A stretch of DNA of 51,394 nt, taken from NCBI GenBank assembly GCA_003062345.1, contig PQCO01000184.1, positions 1 to 51,394 of the forward strand, in the 5' to 3' direction. The stretch is from Candidatus Sedimenticola endophacoides (lineage in GTDB: Bacteria > Pseudomonadota > Gammaproteobacteria > Chromatiales > Chromatiaceae). The position numbers and the translations under genes are program-made. Below are positions 1 to 9,741 of the stretch, piece after piece. Every line of letters starts with the position of its first letter. The stretch's first letter is position 1. A model generated the notes under the pieces. The model searched no databases. It was not told the DNA's origin and saw only the letters and a list, made by a program, of their open reading frames with translations.

Positions 1-73
1 CTGCAATGTGCGGGACGGAGTCGTGATGAGCGCAGGACGGTCGGGGCAGTAACGGCTGTCGCGTTGGCGAGTC

Positions 74-102
74 GATTTTGGGGACTGGGATGTCCCAAAA
101 TC
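74..102. repeat. REP-like imperfect palindrome with a GGAT-containing loop
   Basis: GATTTTGGGGAC-TGGGAT-GTCCCAAAATC; the loop resembles the ATGGAT/AGGGAT hairpins near 35563-35605 and 38332-38380. Confidence 0.5.
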
Positions 103-133
103 TTTCACGAGGTAGCGACACTCTTGCCTAAGG

Positions 134-160
134 CCCCCGGCTTTTCCGGGGGATGCTTAC
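134..160. mobile_element. Possible IS200/IS605-like (HUH) element end hairpin
   Basis: CCCCCGG-CTTTT-CCGGGGG followed by ATGCTTAC; resembles subterminal hairpins of IS200-family elements (from recall); no transposase in the window; could instead be the tlpA terminator. Confidence 0.35.
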
Positions 161-210
161 TTATCGAACGGTGGATGATCGATCAGTGATTCGATGAGCA
201 CGGTAGGGGG

Positions 211-750
211 TTACAGCAGGGGCAGGAGCTGTTCGGAGAGGGTGGCTTCACTGATCTGTCCCGACTGGATGTGGCGCATGTTTCCCTGGCGGTCGTAGAT
301 GGCGGTGAAGGGGAGGGATTCGAAGCGGTTGCCCATGGTGCGCGAGAGGGCGATGGCTTCGGGGCCTCCGGTCAGTACCGGGAAGCGGATGTCGTATACG
401 TCGATGAAGTCGCGCACCATGGCGGGATCGTCGATGGCGATGCCGACGATTTGAAGTCCTTGTCCGCCGTGGCGGTGCTGCCATGCGCGCAACAGGGGCA
501 TCTCGTCGCGGCAGGGTGGGCACCAGGTGGCCCAGAAGTTGACGACCAGCACCTTGCCGCGCCACTGGTCGCTGTGGTGTGTCTTGGAATCGAGTCCCGG
601 CAGCTGGAAGGGGGGCAGGGTCGCGGCACCGTCGCCGGCGTAATGGATCGGCTGTTCAGGGGCGCTCCCAAGGTGCTGCATGCCGTACCAGACAGCGGCG
701 GTCAGCAGCGCGATCAGGAGCGCGCCGAGTGGGGCGGCGGCGCGTCTCAA
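211..750 (-). CDS. TlpA/ResA-family thiol-disulfide oxidoreductase
   Basis: N-terminal TM anchor; VVNFWATWCPPC thioredoxin motif; TTG start overlaps the dsbD stop. Confidence 0.9.
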   Translation of the reverse strand: MRRAAAPLGALLIALLTAAVWYGMQHLGSAPEQPIHYAGDGAATLPPFQLPGLDSKTHHSDQWRGKVLVVNFWATWCPPCRDEMPLLRAWQHRHGGQGLQIVGIAIDDPAMVRDFIDVYDIRFPVLTGGPEAIALSRTMGNRFESLPFTAIYDRQGNMRHIQSGQISEATLSEQLLPLL

Positions 751-3071
751 GGTCGCACCCGGCCGATCTGTCGTTGGAATGCATCGGCATCCATGAATCC
801 GACCACCCGCAGGTTGCGCCGTTCGGTGCCGTCGGCTCCGTAGAAGATGATGGCCGGCGGGCCGGGGAGGCCGAAGTGGCCCTGCATCAGCGCCTGGTCG
901 GTCTCGTCATTGGCGGTGACGTCCGCTTGCAGGAGCACGAAATCAGCGAGGGCGGCGATCACCCCCGGATCGGAGAAGGTGTAGCGCTCCATCTCCTTGC
1001 AGGAGACGCACCAGTCGGCGTAGAAGTCGAGCATCAGCGGTTTTCCCGCGGCGCTGGCGGTGGCGAGTTCGTCCTCCAGGTCCTGCACGCTCTTGATGCG
1101 GCGGAAGGTGAGGTGCCCGGTCTCTGCCGGTGCGCCCGTGGCGCCCGCCCCGAGGAGGATGCCCCGCAGGGGCTGGATCGTGTCGCGCCCGCCGGCGGCG
1201 GCGCCCACCAGCATCAGGGAGCCGTAGACCAGCAGGACTACCCCGACCCCCTTCCAGAGCCGGTCCCACCCCGAGGCCTCCACCGGCAGCGGTTGCAGGG
1301 CGCCGAGATAGATGGCGCTGGAGATCAGCAGCACGCCCCACAGGGTCATGGCCAGCGCGGGCGGCAGGATGCGCTCCAGCATGATGATGGACACCGCCAG
1401 CAGGGCGACTCCGAATACGGCCTTGATGGTATCCATCCAGGCCCCGGCCCGGGGCAGCAGGCGCCCGGCGGAGGTGCCGATCAGCAGCAGGGGCGCGCCC
1501 ATGCCCATGGAGAGGGCGTAGAGGGCGATGCCGCCGAGCAGGGCGTCGCCGGTCTGCCCGATGTAGATCAGCGCCCCGAACAGGGGCGGGGCGACGCAGG
1601 GTCCGACGATCAGCGCCGAGAGCAGACCCATCACCGCCACGCCGATCAGGCTCCCCCCCTGCTGGCGATTGCTGACCTCGGTCAGTTTGCTCTGCCAGCG
1701 GCTCGGCAGCTGCAGGTCGTAGAAGCCGAACATGGAGAGCGCCAGCAGCACGAATACCAGGGCGAAGGCACTGAGGATCCAGGGATCCTGGAAGGCGGCC
1801 TGGAGGTTGGCACCCGAAAGCCCCGTGGCGATGCCCACGGCGGTGTAGGTGAGGGCCATGGCCTGTACGTAGACCATGGAGAGGGTGAAGCCCTTGCCGG
1901 CGCTGATCTGCGTGCCGTGGCCGGCGATGATGCCGGAGAGGATCGGGATCATGGGGAAGACGCAGGGGGTCAGCGACAGCAGCAGGCCGAGGCCGAAAAA
2001 GGTGGGGATGATCACCCACAGGTTGCCGCCGCTGATGGTGGAGGCGATGCGGTCCTGTTCGGAGAGCGCCTCATCGCCGGCCGGTGAGGCGGGGATGCCG
2101 CTCTTTGGTTGCGGCTGTGCGGGGGGCTGGCCGGGGGCGCCCGGTTGCAGGGCGGGAAGCGCCAGGTCGATACGCCGGGTGACCGGCGGGTAGCAGACAC
2201 CCGCCTCGGCGCAGCCCTGATAGCGCACTTCGAGGGTGATGGCGGTGGCCTCGGGTGTGGCGCGGCGCAGCGGCAGGGTGAGGTCGATCTGGTTATGGTA
2301 GACCGCGAGGTCGCCGGTGCTGCCGTCGGGGCGGATGGCGTTTTTCTTGATCTCCGGTGCCGGCAGGGTGTAGTCGCCGAGGGTGACTCCACCGCTGCCG
2401 CCGAGGCCGATGCGGACCTGCTCCTGATAGAGGTAGGTTCCTTCCGCGATCTGCCACAGCAGGCGCAGGTGTTGGGCATCGCTTACTTCTGCGCTGAAGC
2501 GGAACGCCTCCTCCGGAGTCGGTATCTCACGCTCTCCATCGTCCAGCCCCAGGCTCTTGCCGAGGTCGCCGAGGGCGGCGAGGTTCGGCTCCCGGGGCGC
2601 GTTTCCGGTGGCTGCCGGCGAGGCGAGCGGGATGGTGATCTCCTGGCCGTGTGGGGGGTAGCAGAGCCCGGCGTCCGCGCAGCCCTGAGAGATCGCCTTG
2701 AGCCGCAGCAGGGCCTCACTGGCCGGGCGCTTGAGGATCGGGATGGTGACGCTGAGCCGCTCGCGGTAGATCTCCACATCGCCGAAGAATTCGTCATGCT
2801 TGATCTGGCCCTCGGGGAGGATGGGTGTGCCGAGTTCCACGCCCCCCCCTTCGGCGCTGAACTTGAGTTTGGAGCGGTAGAGATAGTAGCCGTCGGCGAT
2901 CTCCCAGTGGACCTGGATGCTGTCCGGGGCGGGGCTCTCCCCGGAGATCCGGAAGGCCTCGCCCGGGGGCAGGTATTCGTCTTCGTTCTGGGCCGCCAGG
3001 GGGGCGCACGCCAGCAGGGCCAGCAGCGCCAGCAGGTGTGGCAGTCGGTTCAATTTTCGGTATTGGTGCAT
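747..3071 (-). CDS. dsbD: Thiol:disulfide interchange protein DsbD with two N-terminal domains
   Basis: QGCADAGLCYPP and QGCAEAGVCYPP; TM domain with LTPCVFPMIP and GPCVAPP; C-terminal DFYADWCVSCKE; ATG at 3071 (alternative GTG 3083). Confidence 0.95.
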   Translation of the reverse strand: MHQYRKLNRLPHLLALLALLACAPLAAQNEDEYLPPGEAFRISGESPAPDSIQVHWEIADGYYLYRSKLKFSAEGGGVELGTPILPEGQIKHDEFFGDVEIYRERLSVTIPILKRPASEALLRLKAISQGCADAGLCYPPHGQEITIPLASPAATGNAPREPNLAALGDLGKSLGLDDGEREIPTPEEAFRFSAEVSDAQHLRLLWQIAEGTYLYQEQVRIGLGGSGGVTLGDYTLPAPEIKKNAIRPDGSTGDLAVYHNQIDLTLPLRRATPEATAITLEVRYQGCAEAGVCYPPVTRRIDLALPALQPGAPGQPPAQPQPKSGIPASPAGDEALSEQDRIASTISGGNLWVIIPTFFGLGLLLSLTPCVFPMIPILSGIIAGHGTQISAGKGFTLSMVYVQAMALTYTAVGIATGLSGANLQAAFQDPWILSAFALVFVLLALSMFGFYDLQLPSRWQSKLTEVSNRQQGGSLIGVAVMGLLSALIVGPCVAPPLFGALIYIGQTGDALLGGIALYALSMGMGAPLLLIGTSAGRLLPRAGAWMDTIKAVFGVALLAVSIIMLERILPPALAMTLWGVLLISSAIYLGALQPLPVEASGWDRLWKGVGVVLLVYGSLMLVGAAAGGRDTIQPLRGILLGAGATGAPAETGHLTFRRIKSVQDLEDELATASAAGKPLMLDFYADWCVSCKEMERYTFSDPGVIAALADFVLLQADVTANDETDQALMQGHFGLPGPPAIIFYGADGTERRNLRVVGFMDADAFQRQIGRVRP

Positions 3072-3379
3072 TGTTCGATCCACGCAAGGTAACCGGGAAG
3101 TCCCTGTTCGACAGGGACCGCGATTATCTCCGGAAGTTCATAGGGGTGGAGGGCGAGCAGTCGTTGCTGCAGTGCCGCGTAACGTCCGGCGCCGCTCTTG
3201 ATCAGCAGCAGGACCTCCTGCTCGCGCTGTACCGTACCTTTCCAGGTGTAGAGGGAGGTGACGGGGGCGGTGATGCTGACGCAGGCGGCGAGGTGTTCGG
3301 CGATCAGGCGCTCGGCGATCTGCTCGGCCTGATCCCGGTCCGGGCAGCTGCAGTGGATCAGAAGGGTTTTCGCGGACAT
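3050..3379 (-). CDS. cutA: Divalent-cation tolerance protein CutA
   Basis: LAACV, SLYTWKG, HPYELPEIIA motifs; adjacent to dsbD as usual. Confidence 0.93.
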   Translation of the reverse strand: MSAKTLLIHCSCPDRDQAEQIAERLIAEHLAACVSITAPVTSLYTWKGTVQREQEVLLLIKSGAGRYAALQQRLLALHPYELPEIIAVPVEQGLPGYLAWIEQCTNTEN

Positions 3380-3534
3380 CGGGCAAAGATACCGGATTGT
3401 CGGGGCAGCGCCTAGCCCGCGTCCCTGTCGCCTGCGCGATCCCCCCCTTGACCATGGCGTTGCGGAAGACTGCGCAACCGGCCTTGTCCGGGGGCGCCTT
3501 GAGTCAGGGTGGGCGGCGGCGTAAGCTTGCGCTC

Positions 3535-3971
3535 ATGAATCCGTTGATCCTGTTTTTACTGCTGTTCGTCGGTGCGCCCCTGGTCGAACTTTACTTCCTG
3601 ATCGAGGTGGGGGCGCGGATCGGCGCCATCCCGACGGTGTTTCTGACCGTCTTCACCGCCGGTTGCTGGTGCGCATGCAGGGGTTCTCCACGGCGCTGCG
3701 GGTGAAGGCGGCGCTGGACCGGGGAGAGGTGCCCGCGGTGGAGATGCTGGAGGGGGTGGTGTTGCTGCTGACCGGGATTTTGCTGCTGCTGCCCGGGTTT
3801 CTCACCGATGCCCTGGGTTTCCTGGCCCTGGTGCCGCAGGCGCGCCGCCGGGTGATTATCGCCCTGTTGCGCCGTGCACAGGTGCTGCACCCCGCGACCG
3901 GTGGGGCTCAGGAGGCGGGGCGGGTCTACGAGGGCGAGTTTCGCCGCCACGAGGAGGAGCGGCTGAAATAG
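3535..3971 (+). pseudogene. fxsA: FxsA-family membrane protein, frameshifted near 3660
   Basis: One frame gives MNPLILFLLLFVGAPLVELYFLIEVG...VFTA; a second frame gives LLVRMQG...LLLLPGFLTDALG...YEGEFRR; both are FxsA-like. Confidence 0.8.
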
Positions 3972-3983
3972 CGTCCGCCTGGT

Positions 3984-4748
3984 TCAGGCCATGGCCCGGC
4001 GCAGCCGGTACCAGAGACGACCGAGCTGCTCGTGGACGGCGCGGGCGCTCTCTTCGAGGGCGTCGGCCCGGGGCAGCCAGTCCCAAACGGCTGCACCGCT
4101 CACCGGCCGGCTGTACCCCATGGGGGCGGGGGTGGCCTGGATCCCCTGGTGGGTGAAGGCGGCCAGGGCCCGGGGCATGTGCCAGGCGTGGGTCACCAGC
4201 AGGACCCGTTCGACACCGTGTTGGCGCAGCAGCGGCCGGGTCAGCGCGGCGTTTTCCCAGGTGGTGCGGCTGGTCTCCTCGCTCGCCAGCACCCGCACCC
4301 CGAACTCCTCTTCCATAACGTGCCGCATGATCCGTGCTTCGGCCTCGCCCGCCCGTTGCGGGCTGCCGCCGCTGGGGATGACCGCCAGTCCGCTGCGCCG
4401 CGCCAGCCAGGCGGCGTAGCGGACCCGCTCCAGGGCCAGCGGGCCGAGGGTGTCTGTGCCGTACTCCGGGGCATCGATGCGGCGGCCGCCGCCCAGCACT
4501 ACGATCGCCTGGGGCGGTTCGCTGTGGGTCCGCGCGGGGCGCCATGGGGCGTGCGCCTGTAGCGGCTGCATCAGCAGCCCGGAGACGTACGGGGTGCTCA
4601 GCAGGTAGAGTGCGAGCAGGGTCAGCCACAGCAGCAGTCTGCCGGAGCGGCGGCGGGCGCTGAGCAGGCCCAGCAGACCCAGCAGGATCAGGGCGCCGGG
4701 TGGCGTGGCCAGCGTCTTGAGGATCCAAACCAGCTCCTGGTCTATCAC
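3984..4748 (-). CDS. YdcF/ElyC (DUF218) family protein
   Basis: [28 protein letters not shown] motifs; N-terminal TM segments. Confidence 0.88.
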   Translation of the reverse strand: MIDQELVWILKTLATPPGALILLGLLGLLSARRRSGRLLLWLTLLALYLLSTPYVSGLLMQPLQAHAPWRPARTHSEPPQAIVVLGGGRRIDAPEYGTDTLGPLALERVRYAAWLARRSGLAVIPSGGSPQRAGEAEARIMRHVMEEEFGVRVLASEETSRTTWENAALTRPLLRQHGVERVLLVTHAWHMPRALAAFTHQGIQATPAPMGYSRPVSGAAVWDWLPRADALEESARAVHEQLGRLWYRLRRAMA

Positions 4749-5725
4749 GGACCCTCTCCCAGCAGCGGGTTGGCCTGTAGATCGGCGTGATAGGAGGAGC
4801 GCACCATGGGGCCGCTGGCGACGTTGGAAAAACCGATCTCCTCACCGTAGCGGCGCAGTTGCTCAAACTCCCCCGGGGTTACGAAGCGGGCCACCGGCAG
4901 GTGTTCGCGGCTCGGTTGCAGGTACTGGCCGAGGGTGAGCATGGAGCAGCCGTGTGAGCGCAGCTCGCGCATCACCGCCTGCACCTGCGCCATCTCTTCG
5001 CCGAGGCCGAGCATCAGGCCGGATTTGGTCGGTACCCCGGGGCGGCGCTCCCGGAAGTCCCGCAGCAGCTCCAGCGACTCCCGGTAGTCGGCCCCCGGGC
5101 GCGCCCGGCGGTAGAGCGCCGGGACCGTTTCCAGATTGTGGTTGAAGACATCGGGCGGTGCCTTGTCCAACTGCTCCAGTGCCGGTTCCCGGCGGCCGCG
5201 GAAATCGGGCACCAGGATCTCGATCTTCAACCCCGGCGCCGCCTCGCGCAGGGCCAGGATGCACTGTGCATAGTGGCCCGCGCCGCCGTCGCGCAGGTCG
5301 TCCCGGTCCACCGAGGTGATGACCACATAGCGCAGCGCCATGGCGCGTACCGCGGCGGCCAGCCGGGCCGGCTCTTCGGGGTCCAGTGGCCGGGGCTTGC
5401 CGTGGGCCACGTCGCAGAACGGGCAGCGGCGGGTGCAGATGTCGCCCATGATCATGAAGGTGGCGGTGCCGTGGTGAAAGCACTCGCCGAGGTTGGGGCA
5501 GGCCGCCTCCTCGCACACGGAGCTCAGTCCGGAGCCGCGCAGGATGCGCTTGATGCGGGCCACCGCCTCGCCGGTTGGCAGGCGGGCGCGGATCCAGTGG
5601 GGCTTGCGCGCGGGCGTTCCGGCCGTCTCCACCTTGATCGGGATGCGTGCGAGCTTGTCGGCACCGCGCTGGTGGGTCTCGGGTGTACGCCGGGAGGGGG
5701 CGTCGATCGGTTCGTCTTTACTCAT
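4745..5725 (-). CDS. lipA: Lipoyl synthase
   Basis: [20 protein letters not shown] radical-SAM motif, RSSYHA; likely start MSKDEP at 5725. Confidence 0.97.
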   Translation of the reverse strand: MSKDEPIDAPSRRTPETHQRGADKLARIPIKVETAGTPARKPHWIRARLPTGEAVARIKRILRGSGLSSVCEEAACPNLGECFHHGTATFMIMGDICTRRCPFCDVAHGKPRPLDPEEPARLAAAVRAMALRYVVITSVDRDDLRDGGAGHYAQCILALREAAPGLKIEILVPDFRGRREPALEQLDKAPPDVFNHNLETVPALYRRARPGADYRESLELLRDFRERRPGVPTKSGLMLGLGEEMAQVQAVMRELRSHGCSMLTLGQYLQPSREHLPVARFVTPGEFEQLRRYGEEIGFSNVASGPMVRSSYHADLQANPLLGEGP

Positions 5726-5732
5726 CGGCTCT

Positions 5733-6386
5733 TCAGGGGGTATCCGTGTCCAGTACAGCATAGCCGAGCGGGCGGTTGATCTCATGGATCAGTGCGTCGG
5801 CGTTGTGGCGCGGGTCGGTATCGCCGCCCAGTTGCGCCATCTGGGTCACCCGCAGCCCGGGGTGTCCGCAGGGGTTGATGCGGGAGAAGGGCTCCAGGTC
5901 CATATTCAGGTTGAGGCTCAGGCCGTGGTAGCTGCAGCCGCGGCGCACGCGCAGGCCGAGGGAGGCGATCTTGGCCCCGTCCACATAGACCCCCGGGGCG
6001 TCGGCGCGGGCCCGGGCGGCGATGCCCTGGTCCGCGAGCAGGGCGATGGTGGCCTGCTCGATCAGGGTTACCAGCTGGCGCACCCCGAGCCCGGCGCGGC
6101 GCAGGTCGAGCAGCAGGTAGAGTACCAGTTGTCCCGGGCCGTGGTAGGTGACCTGACCGCCGCGATCGCTCTTGATCACCGGGATCGCGCCTGGATCGAG
6201 CAGGTGTTCTGGGCGTCTGGCCTGGCCCAGGGTGAAGACCGGGGGATGCTCCAGCACCCAGATCTCGTCCGGTGTGGTCGGATCGCGCCCGTCGGTGAAC
6301 GTCTGCATGCGCCGCCACACCGGCTCGTAGGGGCAGCGCCCGAGCCGCCGGACAAGGAGGGTGGGTGGTGCGTGGGCGGGGCTCAT
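5733..6386 (-). CDS. lipB: Octanoyltransferase
   Basis: [33 protein letters not shown]; start ATG 6386. Confidence 0.96.
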   Translation of the reverse strand: MSPAHAPPTLLVRRLGRCPYEPVWRRMQTFTDGRDPTTPDEIWVLEHPPVFTLGQARRPEHLLDPGAIPVIKSDRGGQVTYHGPGQLVLYLLLDLRRAGLGVRQLVTLIEQATIALLADQGIAARARADAPGVYVDGAKIASLGLRVRRGCSYHGLSLNLNMDLEPFSRINPCGHPGLRVTQMAQLGGDTDPRHNADALIHEINRPLGYAVLDTDTP

Positions 6387-6391
6387 TCGGC

Positions 6392-6661
6392 TCAGAGGCT
6401 CATCAGCACCTGGTCGTGGTCGGTCAGGGCCTGGTAGATGGCGTCGAGCTGGGTCTTGCTGGTCGCCTCGAAGGTGATGGTGACGGCCAGGTATTTGCCC
6501 CCGCTGCTGGGGCGGGTGGCGACCTCGGCGAGGTGGATGTCGGGTACCTCGCGGCCCACGATTTTGATCACCAGCGCCTCGAAGCCGGGGCTGGCCAGGC
6601 CCATCGCCTTGACCGAGAACCGGCATGGAAATTCAAACAGGGTGTCGCTCTTTTCGCTCAT
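6392..6661 (-). CDS. ybeD: YbeD (DUF493) family protein
   Basis: [23 protein letters not shown]; conserved position upstream of lipB. Confidence 0.9.
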   Translation of the reverse strand: MSEKSDTLFEFPCRFSVKAMGLASPGFEALVIKIVGREVPDIHLAEVATRPSSGGKYLAVTITFEATSKTQLDAIYQALTDHDQVLMSL

Positions 6662-6706
6662 CTCACTTCTCGCTGTCGGTGCGCCGCTGGTGGGGTGGGC
6701 GGTTGC

Positions 6707-7591
6707 TCACCCGCTGCCCCGTCCCTGCTGCAGGCCCCGTTTGTAGTCGGCGTAGAGCTGGCGCATGCGCCCGAATACGGGTCCGGGGACGCCGTCACCG
6801 ACCGCCACGCCGTCGAGGCGGGTCACCGGGACGATCTCGCGGGTGGAGCTGGTGATCCAGACCTCGTCGGCGGTGCGCAGCTGCTGTTCGCTGATCGGTG
6901 CTTCGCGGTAGGTCAGTCCGCCGGCGGCGGCCAGCTCCAGGACCAGGTCGCGGGTGATGCCGGGCAGCAGGTGCCTGGAGGTGGGCGGGGTGAGCAGGGT
7001 GGCGTCGCGGACCGCGAACAGATTGCTGGCCGAGCCTTCGGTGGCGAAGCCGTCGCGGATCAGGAGGGTCTCCCCGGCCCCGGCCTGGGTCGCCTCCTCG
7101 CGCAGCATGACGTTGGCCAGCAGGGTGATCGCCTTGATATCGCAGCGTCCCCAGCGGATGTCGGGGCGGGTGATGGCCTCGATGCCGTGCTCGGCGAGGC
7201 GCGGGTCGGGGGCGGGCAGCGGGCTGGCCATGGCGAAGACGGTGGGTTCCACATCCCTCGGGATGCGGTGGTCGCGGGCCGGTGCCGCGCCACGGGTCAC
7301 CTGTAGATAGACCGACTGGTCGGCGCCGGGGCGTTGCCCGATCAGCTGTTCGAGCACCTCGCGCCAGCGCTCCGGGCCCAGCGGGTCGGCCATGCCGATG
7401 CCGTGTAGGCTCGTTTCCAGACGGCGCAGGTGGTGGGCGAGGCGAAACAGCCGCCCGCCGTAGCAGGGGATCACCTCGTAGACCCCGTCGCCGAACAGGA
7501 AGCCGCGGTCCATGACCGGGATCCTGGCCTGTTCGGGGGGGAGGAAGCGCCCGTTCAGAAAGCAGTCGATCCGGTCCATGGGGCGCCTCAC
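6707..7591 (-). CDS. dat: D-amino-acid aminotransferase (PLP class IV)
   Basis: DRGFLFGDGVYE, CDIKAITLL, TEGSASN, LLPGITR; start GTG 7591 or ATG 7579. Confidence 0.9.
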   Translation of the reverse strand: MRRPMDRIDCFLNGRFLPPEQARIPVMDRGFLFGDGVYEVIPCYGGRLFRLAHHLRRLETSLHGIGMADPLGPERWREVLEQLIGQRPGADQSVYLQVTRGAAPARDHRIPRDVEPTVFAMASPLPAPDPRLAEHGIEAITRPDIRWGRCDIKAITLLANVMLREEATQAGAGETLLIRDGFATEGSASNLFAVRDATLLTPPTSRHLLPGITRDLVLELAAAGGLTYREAPISEQQLRTADEVWITSSTREIVPVTRLDGVAVGDGVPGPVFGRMRQLYADYKRGLQQGRGSG

Positions 7592-8736
7592 TCAAACCAC
7601 AGCAGTACGCTGTCCTTGGCGCTCTGCCAGAGTCCGCCCGCGTCGACCTGCTCCAGGGCGATCAGCGGCACCTGCTCCAGCGCCTCGCCTCCCAGGGTGA
7701 GGTGAACGCTGCCGAGTACCGCCCCCTTCGCCACCGGCGCGGTAATCCCGGGCTCGATGCGCATGTCGGCCTTGAGGTTTTTGTATTGATGGCGCGGAAT
7801 GGTGACGTGGAGGTCGGCGCCCAGTCCCAGCGGCAACTGCTCCTGGCTCCCCTTCCAGACCCGCACCCGGGTCAGCGCCTCGCCCGTGCCGTAGAGGCGG
7901 TGGGTCTCGAAGAAGCGGAAGCCGTAGTTGAGCAGGGACTGGCTCTCGCGGGCCCGTGCATCGTCGCTTTTGGTGCCCATCACCACCGAGATCAGCCGCT
8001 GGTCGTCGCGCCGGGCCGAGGCGACCAGGCAGAAGCCGGCGGCCTCGGTGTGGCCGGTCTTGATGCCATCGACGCTATCGTCGCGCCACAGAAGGCGGTT
8101 GCGGTTGTGCTGGTTGATGTCGTTGAAGCGCATCTCCCGGATGGCGTACCAGGCGTAGTATTCGGGGGATTCGCGGATGGTGGCGGCGGCCACCAGGGCG
8201 ATGTCGCGCGGTGTGGTGTAGTGGTTGTCGGAGGGCAGGCCGGTGCTGTTGTCGAAGTGGGTGTTGTGCATGCCGAGACGCCGCGCGTGTTCGTTCATCA
8301 GGTTGGCGAAGGTCTCCTCGCTGCCTGCGATGTGTTCGGCCAGGGCGATACTGGCGTCGTTGCCCGACTGGATGATCATCCCCTTGAGCAGCAACTCCAC
8401 ACTGACCTGCTTGTCGACTTCGATGAACATCCGGGAACCGGGGGCTTTCCAGGCCTTGCGGCTCACCCGCACCGGATCTTGGAGGGTGATATTGCCCTGT
8501 TTGAGTTCGCGCATCACCACGTAGGCGGTCATGATCTTGGTGAGGCTGGCCGGTTCGAGCCGCTGGTCGGCGTTCTCCTCGGAGAGGACCCGGCCGCTGT
8601 CGAAGTCGACCAGCAGGTGGCCGCTGGCGGCGACCTGGGGCGGAGCGGGAATGGGGGTGGCGGCATGGCCCTGGGGGATACAGAGGGCGAGCAGCAGGAG
8701 CAGGGTCGATACGGAGGTGGTTTTCTGTAACTGCAC
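7588..8736 (-). CDS. dacA: D-alanyl-D-alanine carboxypeptidase (PBP5/6)
   Basis: PASLTK (SxxK), QSGNDA (SxN), KTGHT; GTG start 8736 preceded by AAGGA. Confidence 0.93.
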   Translation of the reverse strand: MQLQKTTSVSTLLLLLALCIPQGHAATPIPAPPQVAASGHLLVDFDSGRVLSEENADQRLEPASLTKIMTAYVVMRELKQGNITLQDPVRVSRKAWKAPGSRMFIEVDKQVSVELLLKGMIIQSGNDASIALAEHIAGSEETFANLMNEHARRLGMHNTHFDNSTGLPSDNHYTTPRDIALVAAATIRESPEYYAWYAIREMRFNDINQHNRNRLLWRDDSVDGIKTGHTEAAGFCLVASARRDDQRLISVVMGTKSDDARARESQSLLNYGFRFFETHRLYGTGEALTRVRVWKGSQEQLPLGLGADLHVTIPRHQYKNLKADMRIEPGITAPVAKGAVLGSVHLTLGGEALEQVPLIALEQVDAGGLWQSAKDSVLLWFE

Positions 8737-8913
8737 GGGGGGCTTCCTTTTGGGGTGTTCTCGTGCCAATGGGACAACGATGCGATGCGTCGGTTCGAGC
8801 GTGGCGGCCATTTTAACCCGCATGGCCCACCGGGCACAGACGCTTGCCGCAACAGGGGGGGCGTTGTAAGGAAACCGGGTCGGTTTCCGGTCGCCCGCAT
8901 CGCTTACAGGGGG

Positions 8914-9741
8914 TCACTCGATGATCACCCGCGATTCGCGGATACCCATACGGTCGAGGGTGAGGGTCAGGTGATCGACCTGGGCGATGGTGTCGAGGGG
9001 ACCGACCTGGACCCGGAATACGGGCCGGCCCTGGTTGATGCTCTCCTGGATGCGGATGGCGCGGTTGATCGAAGCGGCCAGTTCGTTACGCAGGCGGTCG
9101 GCATTGTACCGGTTGGAGAAGGCGCCGACCTGGAGAAAGATGTCGGGATCGGTGTTGACCGGGGGGGGCGGGGGTGGGTTGGTCACGCGGTAGGGACGGG
9201 GTTGGCCGGGGTTGATGGCGCGGACCTCGACCAGACCGGTCCCCTCGCCGATGATCCCCAGCTTGGTGGCCGCGGCGTAGGAGAGGTCGATGACGCGATT
9301 GCCGTGGAAGGGGCCGCGGTCGTTGACCTTGACCACCGCGCGGCGGCCGTTGTTGAGGTTGATTACCTCGACATAGGTGGGCAGGGGCAGACTTTTATGA
9401 GCGGCGGTCATGGCGTACATGTCATAGGGTTCGCCGCTGCTGGTGAGGCGGCCGTGGAACTTGGTGCCGTACCAGGAGGCGATACCGCGCTCCACGAAAC
9501 CCTGGCTGCTCTCCATGACGTGGTAGCGCCGCCCCAGCACCACGTAGGAGTCGGGGTTGCCGCGCCGGCTACGGGGTTCGTTCCGTGGTACCGCGTCGGC
9601 GATGCGGTTGGGATCGAGGCGGCGTTCCGGTCGGCCATCGCTGATGTGGCGGTCGATGATGCGCGGCGGGGTGACGGAACAGGCGCCGAGCAGCGCGGCC
9701 AGCAGCAGGGGGAGGGCGATGGCGGCGCGGCGCGGGGTCAT
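8914..9741 (-). CDS. rlpA: Septal ring lytic transglycosylase RlpA
   Basis: Lipobox LLGAC; GIASWYG, TAAHKSLP, VNDRGPF; C-terminal SPOR domain (LQVGAF). Confidence 0.95.
   Translation of the reverse strand: MTPRRAAIALPLLLAALLGACSVTPPRIIDRHISDGRPERRLDPNRIADAVPRNEPRSRRGNPDSYVVLGRRYHVMESSQGFVERGIASWYGTKFHGRLTSSGEPYDMYAMTAAHKSLPLPTYVEVINLNNGRRAVVKVNDRGPFHGNRVIDLSYAAATKLGIIGEGTGLVEVRAINPGQPRPYRVTNPPPPPPVNTDPDIFLQVGAFSNRYNADRLRNELAASINRAIRIQESINQGRPVFRVQVGPLDTIAQVDHLTLTLDRMGIRESRVIIE

Noticed and set aside
8865-8908. TGTAAG...CTTACA flanking a GGAAACCG/CGGTTTCC hairpin
   Set aside because: The 32-nt spacing does not fit a GacA box (N6); probably an ordinary hairpin between rlpA and dacA.
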